Position numbers and translations under genes: made by a program. From the NCBI GenBank assembly GCA_020184695.1, contig JAANOX010000154.1, forward strand, positions 1-32,944: a stretch of DNA of 32,944 bases, in the 5' to 3' direction. Positions 21,652-32,703 of this stretch are shown here, piece after piece; position 1 is the stretch's first letter, and every line of letters starts with the position of its first letter. The notes beneath the pieces are model-generated. The model made no database searches. It saw only the letters and a list, made by a program, of their open reading frames with translations, and was not told the DNA's origin. Source of the stretch: Histomonas meleagridis 2922-C6/04-290x (taxonomy: Eukaryota > Protista > Parabasalia).

Positions 21652-22814
21652 TTGCAAGATTTAAATGAAATTGGAAGTTCTGCATTTTATAATTGTACAT
21701 CATTAAATAATATTACAATTCCTAATTCAGTTACATCAATTAAAAATTATGCATTTAGTTATTGTTCTAATTTAGAAACAGTTATTATCAGCGAAAATAT
21801 CAAAACAATTCGAGATTCAATATTTCGATCATGTTCATCATTAAATAATATTACAATTCCTAATTCAGTTACAACAATTCAACTTTATGCATTTAGTTCT
21901 TGTTCTAATTTAGAAACAGTTATTATTGGAGAAAATGTCACATCAATTGGAGATTATGCATTTTCCGATTGCATTAATCTGAAGTGTATTTATTTTACAG
22001 GCTATAGATCGCCAACATCTTTCAGTGCAAATGTATTTTCTGGTGTACCAACGCAATATGTAATGACATCATATTTATATCAAAACACGACATTTGGACC
22101 ACTTAACATAATCTATAATCTGGCTGATGAATGTGATATTTATCTTTGGCCAACTCTTACATTTACGAAATCAAACACATTTTCTAAATCAAATACATTT
22201 TCTAACACATTCTCTAAATCAGATACATTCTCTAAATCAAATACATTTTCTAATACAAATACATTTTCTAATTCGAAGATATTTTCTTATTCAAATACAT
22301 TTACAAAATCATTTTTCATTAATTCTTCATTAACATTTATGAGTACACTTTAACATATTCATATTCTATTACACAAACGATTACGATATATGAAACACAA
22401 ATGAATTCATATTCATATTCAATTCTTAATTCATCACATACATATATTGAAACAAAATTTATTTATTATGATTATACGATCATTGTTTATTCAAGTTATT
22501 AAAGTTTTTATTCTTATTTTTATACAATTTTATTATCGAATGAAAATCAAACGAAAGAAAATCGGAATGTCATTATCATTTCTGTTTGCTCTGTAATAAT
22601 CGGAATTATTTTAATAACTTTAATTGTTATTCTTTTGATTAAAATCAAACATAAGAAACATTCTTATGAAATTCAAGAAGAAGAAAATTCAGAACATGAT
22701 AACAACGAAATCGAAAGTTCATTTCAAAATTTAACAACGAATAACATTGAAGAAGATCCGTTTGCTAGAAGAAAAATTTCTCAATCATATTTAGAAGTTA
22801 ATAAAAGCGAATAA
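21652..22814 (+). pseudogene. BspA-like (TpLRR) surface protein, disrupted
   Basis: Repeats L.NITIPNSVT.I...AF..C.NLETVII.EN, an S/T-rich stalk (TFSKSN repeats), then after a frame change at ~22350 a transmembrane helix and an acidic tail with EEDPF. There is an in-frame TAA at 22500-22502 and no in-frame ATG at the 5' end. Confidence 0.75.
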
Positions 22815-23166
22815 AATTTATATATTTTTTTGAGATAATAAAAAAGCATAAAAAAATTAAAAACATGTATAATGTTCACTACTAAGGCTATAAATGATTA
22901 TAAAATTCGAGAAAATAATTTGTATTTTATATATTTTTCAAGTACTTTGATAGGGATAAAACTCTCTAAAATGGACCTATATAATTAGTCAAATTATTCA
23001 TTCATAAACAATTAGAAAAAATCAAATATTTTAAATGATGCATTTTCATATAATGCATACTGACTTTATGTATTAAAATAAGCATTTGATATAATTCACA
23101 ACTTATTATTTAAAAATCACTATGATTTTTTCCATATCTCTATAAAAGTGTCATTTAAGCATTAAT

Positions 23167-25981
23167 ATGTCTATCAATACAAAAACTAATATTAGTTCTA
23201 GAACAAAAAATTCAAAAAAAGAAGTAGAAATTATTGATAGTGAAAAGATATCTATGAAGAAACTTATTGATATCGAGCAAACTATTTTTAATTTAACTTA
23301 TGAAAACATTGATTTATCAATTAAGAAAATAAATAAATTGTTTGATTCAAGTTATCCATATTCAGATAATTTAATTATTTGTAATTTGGTTTATTTTGCA
23401 TTTTGTTCAAAAAGAAATTCGTGTGATTTGTATATCAATTATATAGAAACACTCCAATCAAAAGAAGTAGAAGTTAACAAAAACAATCAGAATTTTACGG
23501 AAATTTTTATTGATGACTTATGCAAACGAGGCTCACAAGAATCATATTATTTAATTAATCAAATGATTGAGAGAAATATAATTGATAAAAAGATAACTAA
23601 AAAAATTAAATCTAAATATTTCGCGCATTTAAAGAAAAAAGAAGAAATTCAATATATCAATTTATCTGATCCAAGAGAAAGAATTTTTAATGATAACTTC
23701 GATAAACTTTCAAAGAATGATTGGGAGCTTCATAAGAAGTTAATTAAAGAAGGACAAAGTCCAAATGAAATTGCTAAAATAATTCGAAATGATGAAATCG
23801 AAAAACTTCAAGAAATATCAACACAAAATGAATTTAATTTTAATCAAATCATTGAACCATCACTTTATGAAAGATGTTCATTTATTAATCAAAGAAATGT
23901 ATCATTAATTGATTGTGCAGCATTTTTTGGATCAATTAAATGTTTTAAATTTTTACTTATGAATGGAGCAAATGTAAACAATACAGGTAAATATGCAATA
24001 GCAGGTGGAAATGTCGAAATCATTCATTTATGTGAACAAAATAATGCATCATTTGATGATGCATATGAAACAGCAATTATGTATCATCGAAATGATATCT
24101 TTAAATATTTTTATGAAAGAAACTTAAAAGAAGCACAGCCAAAAACAACATCCAATTATATGATCAATTCTTTTGCATATGAAAATAACATAGTAAAATT
24201 ATATGAAAACTTGTTATGTCTTTGTATTACCAGTGGAAATTATGAAATCTTATCAAATTTACTTGAAAATGGAATGAAAATCAATGATAATGTTATTAAT
24301 ATAACTGCAAAAACTGGAAATTTATATCTAGTTAAATATTTTCTTCAACATTATCAAATTCCAAATAATATTATTGTTTATGCTTCAGATTCAGGAAATA
24401 TTGAACTTGTTAAATATATTTTCGAACAAGAAAGAAAAAAACTCAATTCAAAAGATATTTAAATACATTTTTTAATATTCATTACAATAATTTGATATAT
24501 AAAAATTTTATTTGGGTTTTGTTTAAAATATTTAAAATCGAACTATTTATAACACCATTGAAATGGAATAACGAAACAATAATAATGTTTAGGAAACAAA
24601 ACGTATATGCGATCAATGCAAAAAACATTTCTATTTTTTTATTTTATTTGATATTTGTTTATGTAATTCAATATTTAAAAAAACTTTTTGGAAATTTTTT
24701 ATATTATTTAATACAGCACTTATTTGTGCATCTAAAAACGGCTATGCAGAAATTGTTAAATTACTTCTTGAACAAGAAGGAATTGATATTAATACTGGAA
24801 ATTTTTATTATTTTTCTTTAACATTTGTTTTAACGATTTAATATATAAAAATAACATATGACAATTATTGAAATTATTTTATTCAGCACTTATGTTAGCA
24901 TCTAGAGAAGGTTGTACAGAAATAGTTAAATTACTTCTTGAACAAGAAAGAATAGATATTAATACCAAATCTATTGATTTGTTTTATTTAATATTTATTT
25001 AAATAATTTGATATTTTAAAACAATATTTGGAAATTATTTAAATTATTTTATTCAGCACTTATGTTAGCATCTGAAAATGGTCATATAGAAATAGTTAAA
25101 TTACTTCTTGAACAAGAAGGAATTGATATTAATGCTCAAGATTTTAATTTATATTATTCAAAATTTATTTTTATAATTTGATAATTTTAAATAATATTTG
25201 GAAATTATTGAAATTATTTTTTACTGCACTTATATGGGCATTTTATTATGATCATATAAAAATAGTTAAATTACTTCTTGAACAAAAAGGAATTGATGTT
25301 AATGCTAAAAATTTTTATTTGTTTTCTTTAATATTTATTTTAATAATTTTGGATTTCAAAATAATATTTGGAAATTATTTATATATACTTCAAACAGCAC
25401 TCATCTTAGCAGCTGAAAAAGGTTGTTTAGAAATCGTTAAATTACTTCTTAAACAAGAAGGAATCGATATTAATGCCAAAAATTTTTGTTTATTTTACTT
25501 AGAATTATTTTTGTTAATTTGATATATCAAAACAATATTTGGAAACTTTTTGAAATATTTTGTACTGCACTTATTACTTCATCACGATTCGGTTATACTG
25601 ATATAGTCAAATTACTTCTTGAAAAAGATGAGATTGATATTAATGCACAAGATATTTGTTTGTTTGATTTAGTATATGTTTCAATAATATTTTATTTTAA
25701 TAGAATATTTGGAAATTATTCAAAACATATCGAACATCACTTATGAGAGCAGCTTCAAACTGTCATCAAGAAATAGTTAAATTTCTTCTTGAACAAAAAG
25801 GAATCGATACAAATATTAAAAATGTTTAAATTTTTTGTTTAAATTTTTTTTTAGTAATTTAATATTTAAAAATAATAATTGGAAAGAATTTAATTTATAA
25901 AAAACAGCACTTATATGTGCAACTGATAATGGTAACACAGAAATAGTGAAAATAATTCAAGAACACAAAGAAACTCTTTGA
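23167..25981 (+). CDS. DUF3447-type ankyrin-repeat gene with linker-interrupted C-terminal ankyrin array (copy 2)
   Basis: Inr TCATT at 23151-23155 and an intact 431-aa ORF (SLIDCAAFFGSIKCFKFLLMNG) ending ..LNSKDI*. It is followed by 9 modules starting at 24537 (degenerate), 24713, 24883, 25053, 25223, 25394, 25564, 25734 and 25904. The last reads TALICATDNGNTEIVKIIQEHKETL* (TGA 25979-25981). Confidence 0.75.
24457..25981 (+). repeat. Tandem array of (80-nt linker + 90-nt ankyrin module), 170-nt period
   Basis: Module start spacings are 176,170,170,170,171,170,170,170. Confidence 0.95.
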
Positions 25982-26169
25982 TGTTAATAAAAAATTTGAA
26001 ATATCTGTGTATCAATTTGGCCAAATTTTTTTTACATATGTGAAAAGTTACAAAAATAGTTCTTTTAATTTTACCATCATTCCATTCATAAATTCTTATA
26101 AAATTTTCTTTTTACATCCTCAAAAAAATTATAATTTCCTTGTTAACATTTATATTATTTTTATTTATA

Positions 26170-28422
26170 TTAATTTTTATCTTTAAAAAATACATCAATA
26201 CCATCAATTACATGATTCCAATCCGAAACCACAGAAAAACTTCTTAAAATCCAACTTGGTAATTCCTTTGCATATTTCTCATATCTTTCATCAAACAAAA
26301 CCACAGCTGCGAAGTCGTTTATATTTCTAAACGATCTCCCAATTGACTGGTTTACAGCCCTCATGCACATGTTATCGTAAAACTGTTTTCCATCACATTT
26401 CGACTTACCGTTTTTCTTCAAATCATCAAAGAATAACATTCTTTGTCTTAAAACCACATCACTAGTATCAGCAAAAGGCATTCCCACAATCATTACACAC
26501 CTACAATAATTATCAGCAAAATTAATTCCTTCACTTAATTTCCCATTAATCACAGCAAACAAAATTGCACCCGAAGAATTATTTATATGTGATTTATACG
26601 TTTTCATTATAGTATTCAAATCTTTAGTATCTTTAGATTCACATAACAAAAATTTGTTTTTTTGAATCTCATCAAAATAAAACTCATTTTTCATAAAGTT
26701 ATAAACAGTTGTCATATACTCAAACGATGTAAAAAATATTATCATTCCATTCGGAACATGTAAAGATAAGTCTAATACAGCCTGTGAAATAGATACTAAC
26801 ATATCACGATTATATCTTGTTTCATGTGTGAATCGAAGTTGTTGATTTGATGGCCCTCTCTTGATACACATTGCTAAACAATTTTCTTTGGGTATAACAT
26901 GGCCATTTGTGTGAGTTAAAATTTTTTCATCTGATGAAGTAAGTTGAACGATCATATCTTCAAAGGGTCGTAAGGTACCGCCAACTAAAACGACGCTTTT
27001 GGCTTTGCTAGAAACTTCCGTAAAGACATTAGATGGGTTTAAAAGCATATAAGTTAATTTTGTATTAACTGAATCAACTAAAACGCATCCTTGATCATCA
27101 AGATTCCCCATGGATGAAATGAAATCAAGATAATTACGAACAGATTGCGATTTTTTAGAGATTTCTTCGGTACTTAATTTTTTGTTTTCATGTGATAATT
27201 TATAAACAAGTTGTGTTTCTTTAGCCCACTCAATAATGGAAAACATGTTTCCAACATCAATATTATATTCAATTTGAAAATCATTCATTTTTAATACTTT
27301 TGGTGGTTCTTTTTGTTCAAATACTTTTTGGAGACTAAGAGTTGCTTTTATAAGAATTGATGAGTAGTTGGTAGCTAACTTTCGTTGTTCTTCTTCTTCC
27401 TTCTCTTCGAATTGGCTTTTTCCTTCTTGACCACTTTTTCTTGGTCTTCGGGAAGAAACACTTTTCCTGAAGTTTAATAGACTTGTATATGCTGTTTGGA
27501 TGTCAGACTGAGTGAGAGTGATAGTGTAGAGTGAGTTAAGGGAGTCTATTAGATTATGCGCTTCATCAATAATAATGCAAGAATTACGAATGGAAAGTTT
27601 AAGCGCACTTCTGGTTTCAGGACTAAATAAGGTTTGGTACGGAAAGAGAATAACTTGGGATTTTTTGACTGATTTGCGAGATGAAAAATATGGACAACAT
27701 TGATGAGAAGATCCATATTTGTACAGATCTTCAATATCAAGAGGTTCCTCGGATATATGTTCTGAAAAATTTATAATAGATTCCTTATTATAAAATGGAC
27801 ATTTGGGACTACAAACATCATTAAGTTCATTTGCAGAAAGTTGAGAGTATTCAGGGTGTACACATAAAAGCTTTCTTGAAGCCAAAGAAACGACTTTTGG
27901 AAAGCTTTTGAGATAATCTTTATAAAATTTAATTTTATTCGTACAATCTTCTATTTCTTTTTGAATAAAAGGTTTGTCTCTTAAGCCAACAGATTTGAAG
28001 TTTTTTTGTAATTGAGCTCTTTTTTGATCATTTTGGATCATTAAATTCTTTGCACATTCTTTAAGTTTTTTAAGTTCAGAAACAAGTTCTTTTATTTGGC
28101 TATGTGTTCTAGTTGCGACCATTAACCGAATTGGTATTTGTGATTCTGCTTCGGAATCAGATTCTGAACTTAAAAAATTATATGTAAGCATTGAATTTTT
28201 CTTTTTAATATATGCAATAGAAGCACACAAAACGCTCATTGATTTTCCTGTTCCTGTTGGCGATTCAAAAAACCCAATCGAATTTGAATCAAAACATTGC
28301 AATAAATCATTCATAAAATCTATTTGTATTGTATATGGCTGATTTTTTATTGAAAATTCTTCAATTGCATCTTTCAAGAATGGATGCTCTTGTCGTGAAA
28401 GTAATAAAGAATCAGCTTCCAT
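26170..28422 (-). CDS. CHL1: Chl1/DDX11-like Fe-S DEAH helicase (Rad3/XPD family)
   Basis: FFESPTGTGKS, TRTHSQI, LASRKLLC with CPF/CPY Fe-S cysteines, IIDEAHNL, GGTLRP, GKLSEGINF, RAVNQSIGR..R...D.A.VVLFDERY. Confidence 0.88.
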   Translation of the reverse strand: MEADSLLLSRQEHPFLKDAIEEFSIKNQPYTIQIDFMNDLLQCFDSNSIGFFESPTGTGKSMSVLCASIAYIKKKNSMLTYNFLSSESDSEAESQIPIRLMVATRTHSQIKELVSELKKLKECAKNLMIQNDQKRAQLQKNFKSVGLRDKPFIQKEIEDCTNKIKFYKDYLKSFPKVVSLASRKLLCVHPEYSQLSANELNDVCSPKCPFYNKESIINFSEHISEEPLDIEDLYKYGSSHQCCPYFSSRKSVKKSQVILFPYQTLFSPETRSALKLSIRNSCIIIDEAHNLIDSLNSLYTITLTQSDIQTAYTSLLNFRKSVSSRRPRKSGQEGKSQFEEKEEEEQRKLATNYSSILIKATLSLQKVFEQKEPPKVLKMNDFQIEYNIDVGNMFSIIEWAKETQLVYKLSHENKKLSTEEISKKSQSVRNYLDFISSMGNLDDQGCVLVDSVNTKLTYMLLNPSNVFTEVSSKAKSVVLVGGTLRPFEDMIVQLTSSDEKILTHTNGHVIPKENCLAMCIKRGPSNQQLRFTHETRYNRDMLVSISQAVLDLSLHVPNGMIIFFTSFEYMTTVYNFMKNEFYFDEIQKNKFLLCESKDTKDLNTIMKTYKSHINNSSGAILFAVINGKLSEGINFADNYCRCVMIVGMPFADTSDVVLRQRMLFFDDLKKNGKSKCDGKQFYDNMCMRAVNQSIGRSFRNINDFAAVVLFDERYEKYAKELPSWILRSFSVVSDWNHVIDGIDVFFKDKN

Positions 28423-28710
28423 TTATTTTAAACGTCCACCAAACCAAAAATGAACTTCTGCAAAATGTTTTTATAAAGAATGAAATCCAAAGACTTTTTA
28501 CTGTATCAAGAAATAATTTATTATGACAACAACATCCAAGCTGAAACCAAATATGAAGAAAATTTTAATCTCCATATTGTTAATTTTAATCTTAAAAAAA
28601 AACAGAAATTTTTCTCATTAATCCTTTATTTGATTGGTGTAATTCCGCTTCTTGTCTGCTTTCTGGCTCAAATAAGATCCAAGGTATGAATCCTCATTAT
28701 GAAAGATTTT

Positions 28711-29277
28711 TTATAAAATATTGCATTTACACTTTGGAGATGGATCTGGGCCACCATTATTTATGACGATATTGCTCATCTTTAAGTACTCATTAACTGC
28801 TGTAGTCATTATTTCTTGAACACCAACACCTGTTTTAGCAGATGTTTCTAAAAATTGTGCTCCTAGAGTCGTTGCAAGTGCTTTTCCATCTTCGTAAGAA
28901 ACTTGGCGTTCATTTTCTAAATCGATTTTATTTGCACATAAGACGCAAGGGAATTTATTGGTGTCTTTGTATCGCTGAATATCAGAGTGTATCTTAGAAA
29001 TATTATCAAAAGATTCTCTTTCGTTAATTGCATATACAAGTATGAAAACATCTCTGTCTCTATAAATTTGAGGTTTCAAAGCTTCTTGAGTTTCCATACC
29101 AGCTGTATCTAGAATATCAAGTGAATATTGTTGATTGTTGAGAGTAATTGCTTTTTTATAAGTATTTGAAATGGTAGGCTCGTATTCAGTCATGAAGGTG
29201 TTTTGAACAAATCGTATTGACAAGCAACTCTTGCCTACAGCACCCAATCCAAGAACAACGACCTTGACGGTGGTCAT
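28711..29277 (-). CDS. Ras-family small GTPase (Ras/Rap-like)
   Basis: GLGAVGKS P-loop, YEPTI switch I, DTAG, NKID, ETSAK and a C-terminal CaaX (CNIL). Confidence 0.95.
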   Translation of the reverse strand: MTTVKVVVLGLGAVGKSCLSIRFVQNTFMTEYEPTISNTYKKAITLNNQQYSLDILDTAGMETQEALKPQIYRDRDVFILVYAINERESFDNISKIHSDIQRYKDTNKFPCVLCANKIDLENERQVSYEDGKALATTLGAQFLETSAKTGVGVQEIMTTAVNEYLKMSNIVINNGGPDPSPKCKCNIL

Positions 29278-30434
29278 TTTTCAATTTTGTTCAATAACCG
29301 CCAAAGTAGTCAAAAATTTGAAATTAAACATTAGAAAACGAAATAATAACCGCTGAAACTGAACGATGAATGACTGCTGTTTGTGAGGGTGATGAAACTT
29401 TTTTCAGGGGGCATTGAAATGTACCTTCTTCTGAAATTATCGACAGTTAATTAAACGGTCTCTAAAAGTGTTTTTTTCACAACAAATGTTTTTGAGAATA
29501 ATCAAAAAACGTATATAGCGATATATACTATACTATGGGAATATATTCTAATATAATTTTATCTGTGAATTAAATGTGATTTGATTCGTTAAAACTTTTT
29601 CTTTTGAAGCTTTTTGATTGCTCATGGCTAGTAAAAAAATTTAGTTTAAGCAATCTAACTAAGGTGATTACTATATGTACTATAAATAATATTAAAATCA
29701 AAGAATTTTATATGGCAGATTTTATTTTCTTTTATAAATCAGAAAATCATTAATTCATATCTCAATAACAAAAGTCAATTCAACTTTTGTATACTTCACA
29801 TACGGTAGAGGGAGTCCACAACGAACTTTTCTTGTTGCACTAATTGAATACCGAAGATTGAATTTGCCAATGTTCTTGAAATAATAAAACAGCCATAAAT
29901 AAATAGGTGCATTATAATGAGGCATATGAGCTACATGTAGCATTATCGTAGTAAGAATTATTGAGCTTCTTCCAACATTTACAAACCAAAATTCTAAATG
30001 CTATTGGAGGACGTTAAATATTTGACACTTATCGTGCATGCAAATCAAAGAAAAAGACATTATTTCCCACATTTTTCTACTTCCTTAACTCTTTCATCCA
30101 CATATATCATAAGAGTTATGTCGTCTTATGCAATGTTGTCAATAGCTTATATTCATTTTAATTTAAATTTTAATAATAATAATAAAAATAAATCAAATTT
30201 TCATATATAATATGCATAAAAAAAATTTATAAAGCAGGAAATACCCCCAGGAGAGTCAACTCAATTCCTAATAGAAAATGAATTTTACATATTATCTTCA
30301 TTGACACAACATTTCAGATTTTACCTCTATAAAGACGTCTAGAGAACGTTTAAAGACGTTAAACCACATCACCTATATAAACCTACCAATTGTGGGGCAT
30401 CTTTCAAAAAATCCTTTTTATAAACGGTCGATAA

Positions 30435-32600
30435 ATGGATTCTTGGAACCTAAGTTCACAAAACTTTAGTGATATCCATATTATACAGATTTCATTAAGT
30501 GAACAATTTCCTGGTGAAAAGGTTTCCGAGAATCTTCGAATACTAATTCTTTCACATCAATTATCACAATTTGGAATTCCTTCTTTCTATTTAGAATCAT
30601 CTCCTTCCTATTCACTGAAAAGAATAAATTCCCCTGTTGTTATTTCTTTTGATATATATTCAAAACGATCGGAATTCATTCTTCCAAATTGGACAGATTG
30701 TCAAGAATGGGATTGGAACGTACTTACATATTTTTCATTTGAAATATCAGATCATTTTTCTCGCGCATTAGTTCTTTTCACATATTATCAAAAATTAAAT
30801 CTTCATCCAATTTATTTTACATCATATCTATTAATTCCACCACAACGTTCCGTCATAGAACCATTTTTATTTCAGCCAGTTGTTGTCAAAAGAAAAGACA
30901 AAATCTACATTCGTACTGTATTACAAGGAGGTCTTGAAATTTCCATTATAAATTCACCCAAATCCATAGGAAGTATGGTTTTGATACCACCATTTGAGCA
31001 TCCATTCAAGGTTGTTGAAATTCTTTCTAAATCATTTGATGTAATATCGGTTGAAAAAAAGAAATATTCATTTAAAATTCCGACCAAAATTGCAAATTTA
31101 ACCAAGCCACCACTTCTACTTGCAAGTTTTTTTTATGTTGAACAAGTTTTTAAACCCATTTCTAATCTTGATTTAGTTGAATTTGATCGTTTCACAATCG
31201 AAGATATTAATAAATGTTTTACTGATATGAACTTGTCATCTAATAGAACACCTTCTAATCAATACCCAACAGATTTCCTTGAACCACCCGAACCATCGAC
31301 AAGTCAAATTTTTGTCAGAACAAATAACAGACTTTAACGTTCGCCTGCGCATTGCTCAAGCTCTTGGCGAGCAAGCACAATTTCCTTCAAAAAGAGCAAG
31401 TCTAAAATGCATAGTAACAAATTTCTTTATCATATTTCCGTCTTGAAGTGGGTTTTTCTACTGTGATACCACCAAGATCTGCATATAGTTTTTTAAAATT
31501 CTCCAATTCAACATGTACAACTCGGGATTCCAAACATATTAGTGAATCATAATGGCTTTTTAGAAGAAGTTAAAGCAAGTAGTGTAATTGATAATTGGAT
31601 ATCAGAACATTATCTACCAATTTCAGGTCCCAAAGATTGCAAATATGTTGTATTTTCACCTAATACAATCCCGCGTACATTATTAATCTCATTTATGAAA
31701 TCATTTATGCATACATATAATATGTTTGGCTTTGGAAAACTACAACCGTACAGCTCCAACGCATATTATTTTGTACCTGAGAACTCGATTGACAGCACAG
31801 CGATTGAGTTTTATCAAAATAATCCCTTATCCCAATTTCAACAAATTCCATTTATCACGTTTATAGTTGGATATCCATTTCATGATTCTGATTTTTTACC
31901 ACATTCCATTGTCACCAACATTTTTCCACCGTTAGTTTATTCCTGTACGCAATTAGGATTGCAATCACTTGCATTCATAGTTTATTCACGAATTCGATTA
32001 TTTTCGCCAACTCCAATCGGAATGATTAACACCATCCAAAACTATGCTGTTCCGATTATCTTTGGCTTTCGATATCAGCCACCATTTTTATTACCACGTT
32101 ATGGCACTAATTCTCGTTCGATTTCATTTCATTTTGCGTTAGACATTAAAACTAACAAATGTGCAATCATTGATGACATTGGATCAATATTACATATCTT
32201 AAACTTAAATTCGCTTCAATATCTTTCGGCATTAATTGATGATTGTAAGAAATTAGTCGAACAAAACGTATCACAAATTACTGTTTTTCGATTTTATCTT
32301 TTCCCTTCGTCGTGTGTACAAGGAAAATTCGAAAATGATTTCGATTCGGATACAATAATATTCGATGAACTCGAACAATCGTTTTCAAGTGACGAAGTTT
32401 TGGTCGATCCAATTGAAACTTGTTACGTACTTTCGAAGATTCATCCGCCTTATAAAGTATCGTTATATGCTGCAGGCGATCGAAACGACTTGTTGAATTA
32501 CGTGGAATTAATGTCGAAGCTTTCGTGGCTCTCGGTAAAACCTGGAGAAGAGAAAAATTTCTTACCCGCCGCACATTTGCGCTTTGTTGAGGAAAAATAG
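30435..32600 (+). CDS. Mediator subunit Med13-like protein, split by apparent frameshifts between 31325 and 31500
   Basis: The second ORF contains LPISGPKDCKYVVF and LMSKLSWLSV, which resemble the Med13 C-terminal half. Coding-like reading passes from frame 0 to +1 to +2 and back to 0 across 31325-31500. Confidence 0.55.
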
Positions 32601-32703
32601 ATGCGAGACAATTGTGTTGAGTAGATCTCGAAGTTTTTGCCTTCAAATGGTCCAATTTGATGTGAAATAATGTTTTGTATTTCGGTGTTTAGATATATAT
32701 TAA

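Noticed and set aside
22150-22320. TTTTCTAA(A/T)TCAAATACA-type 18-nt tandem repeats
   Set aside because: Explained as the Ser/Thr-rich stalk of the BspA protein.
17839-25746. Short ORF-track entries over the arrays (17839-18021, 18081-18356, 18251-18445, 24492-24821, 25178-25522, 25486-25746) as separate genes
   Set aside because: They are frame-specific slices of the module-plus-linker array starting at TTG or internal ATG, with no Inr.
17533-25981. Linkers as canonical spliceosomal introns (GT at linker position 9 to the AG in ACA-GCA, or AT-AC)
   Set aside because: The GT is not conserved in all linkers, there is no ACTAAC branch motif, and these cuts (76, 82 or 84 nt) do not restore the reading frame.
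17533-25981. CRISPR-like interpretation of the regular repeat/spacer arrays
   Set aside because: The context is eukaryotic, the units are 170 nt, both parts are homologous between units, one part encodes ankyrin repeats, and no cas genes are present.
29755-30210. Small ORFs 29755-29943 and 29998-30210
   Set aside because: Short, with AT-driven composition and no domain or promoter support.
32278-32655. Antisense ORF over the Med13-like 3' end
   Set aside because: TTG start and overlap with a better-supported gene on the other strand.
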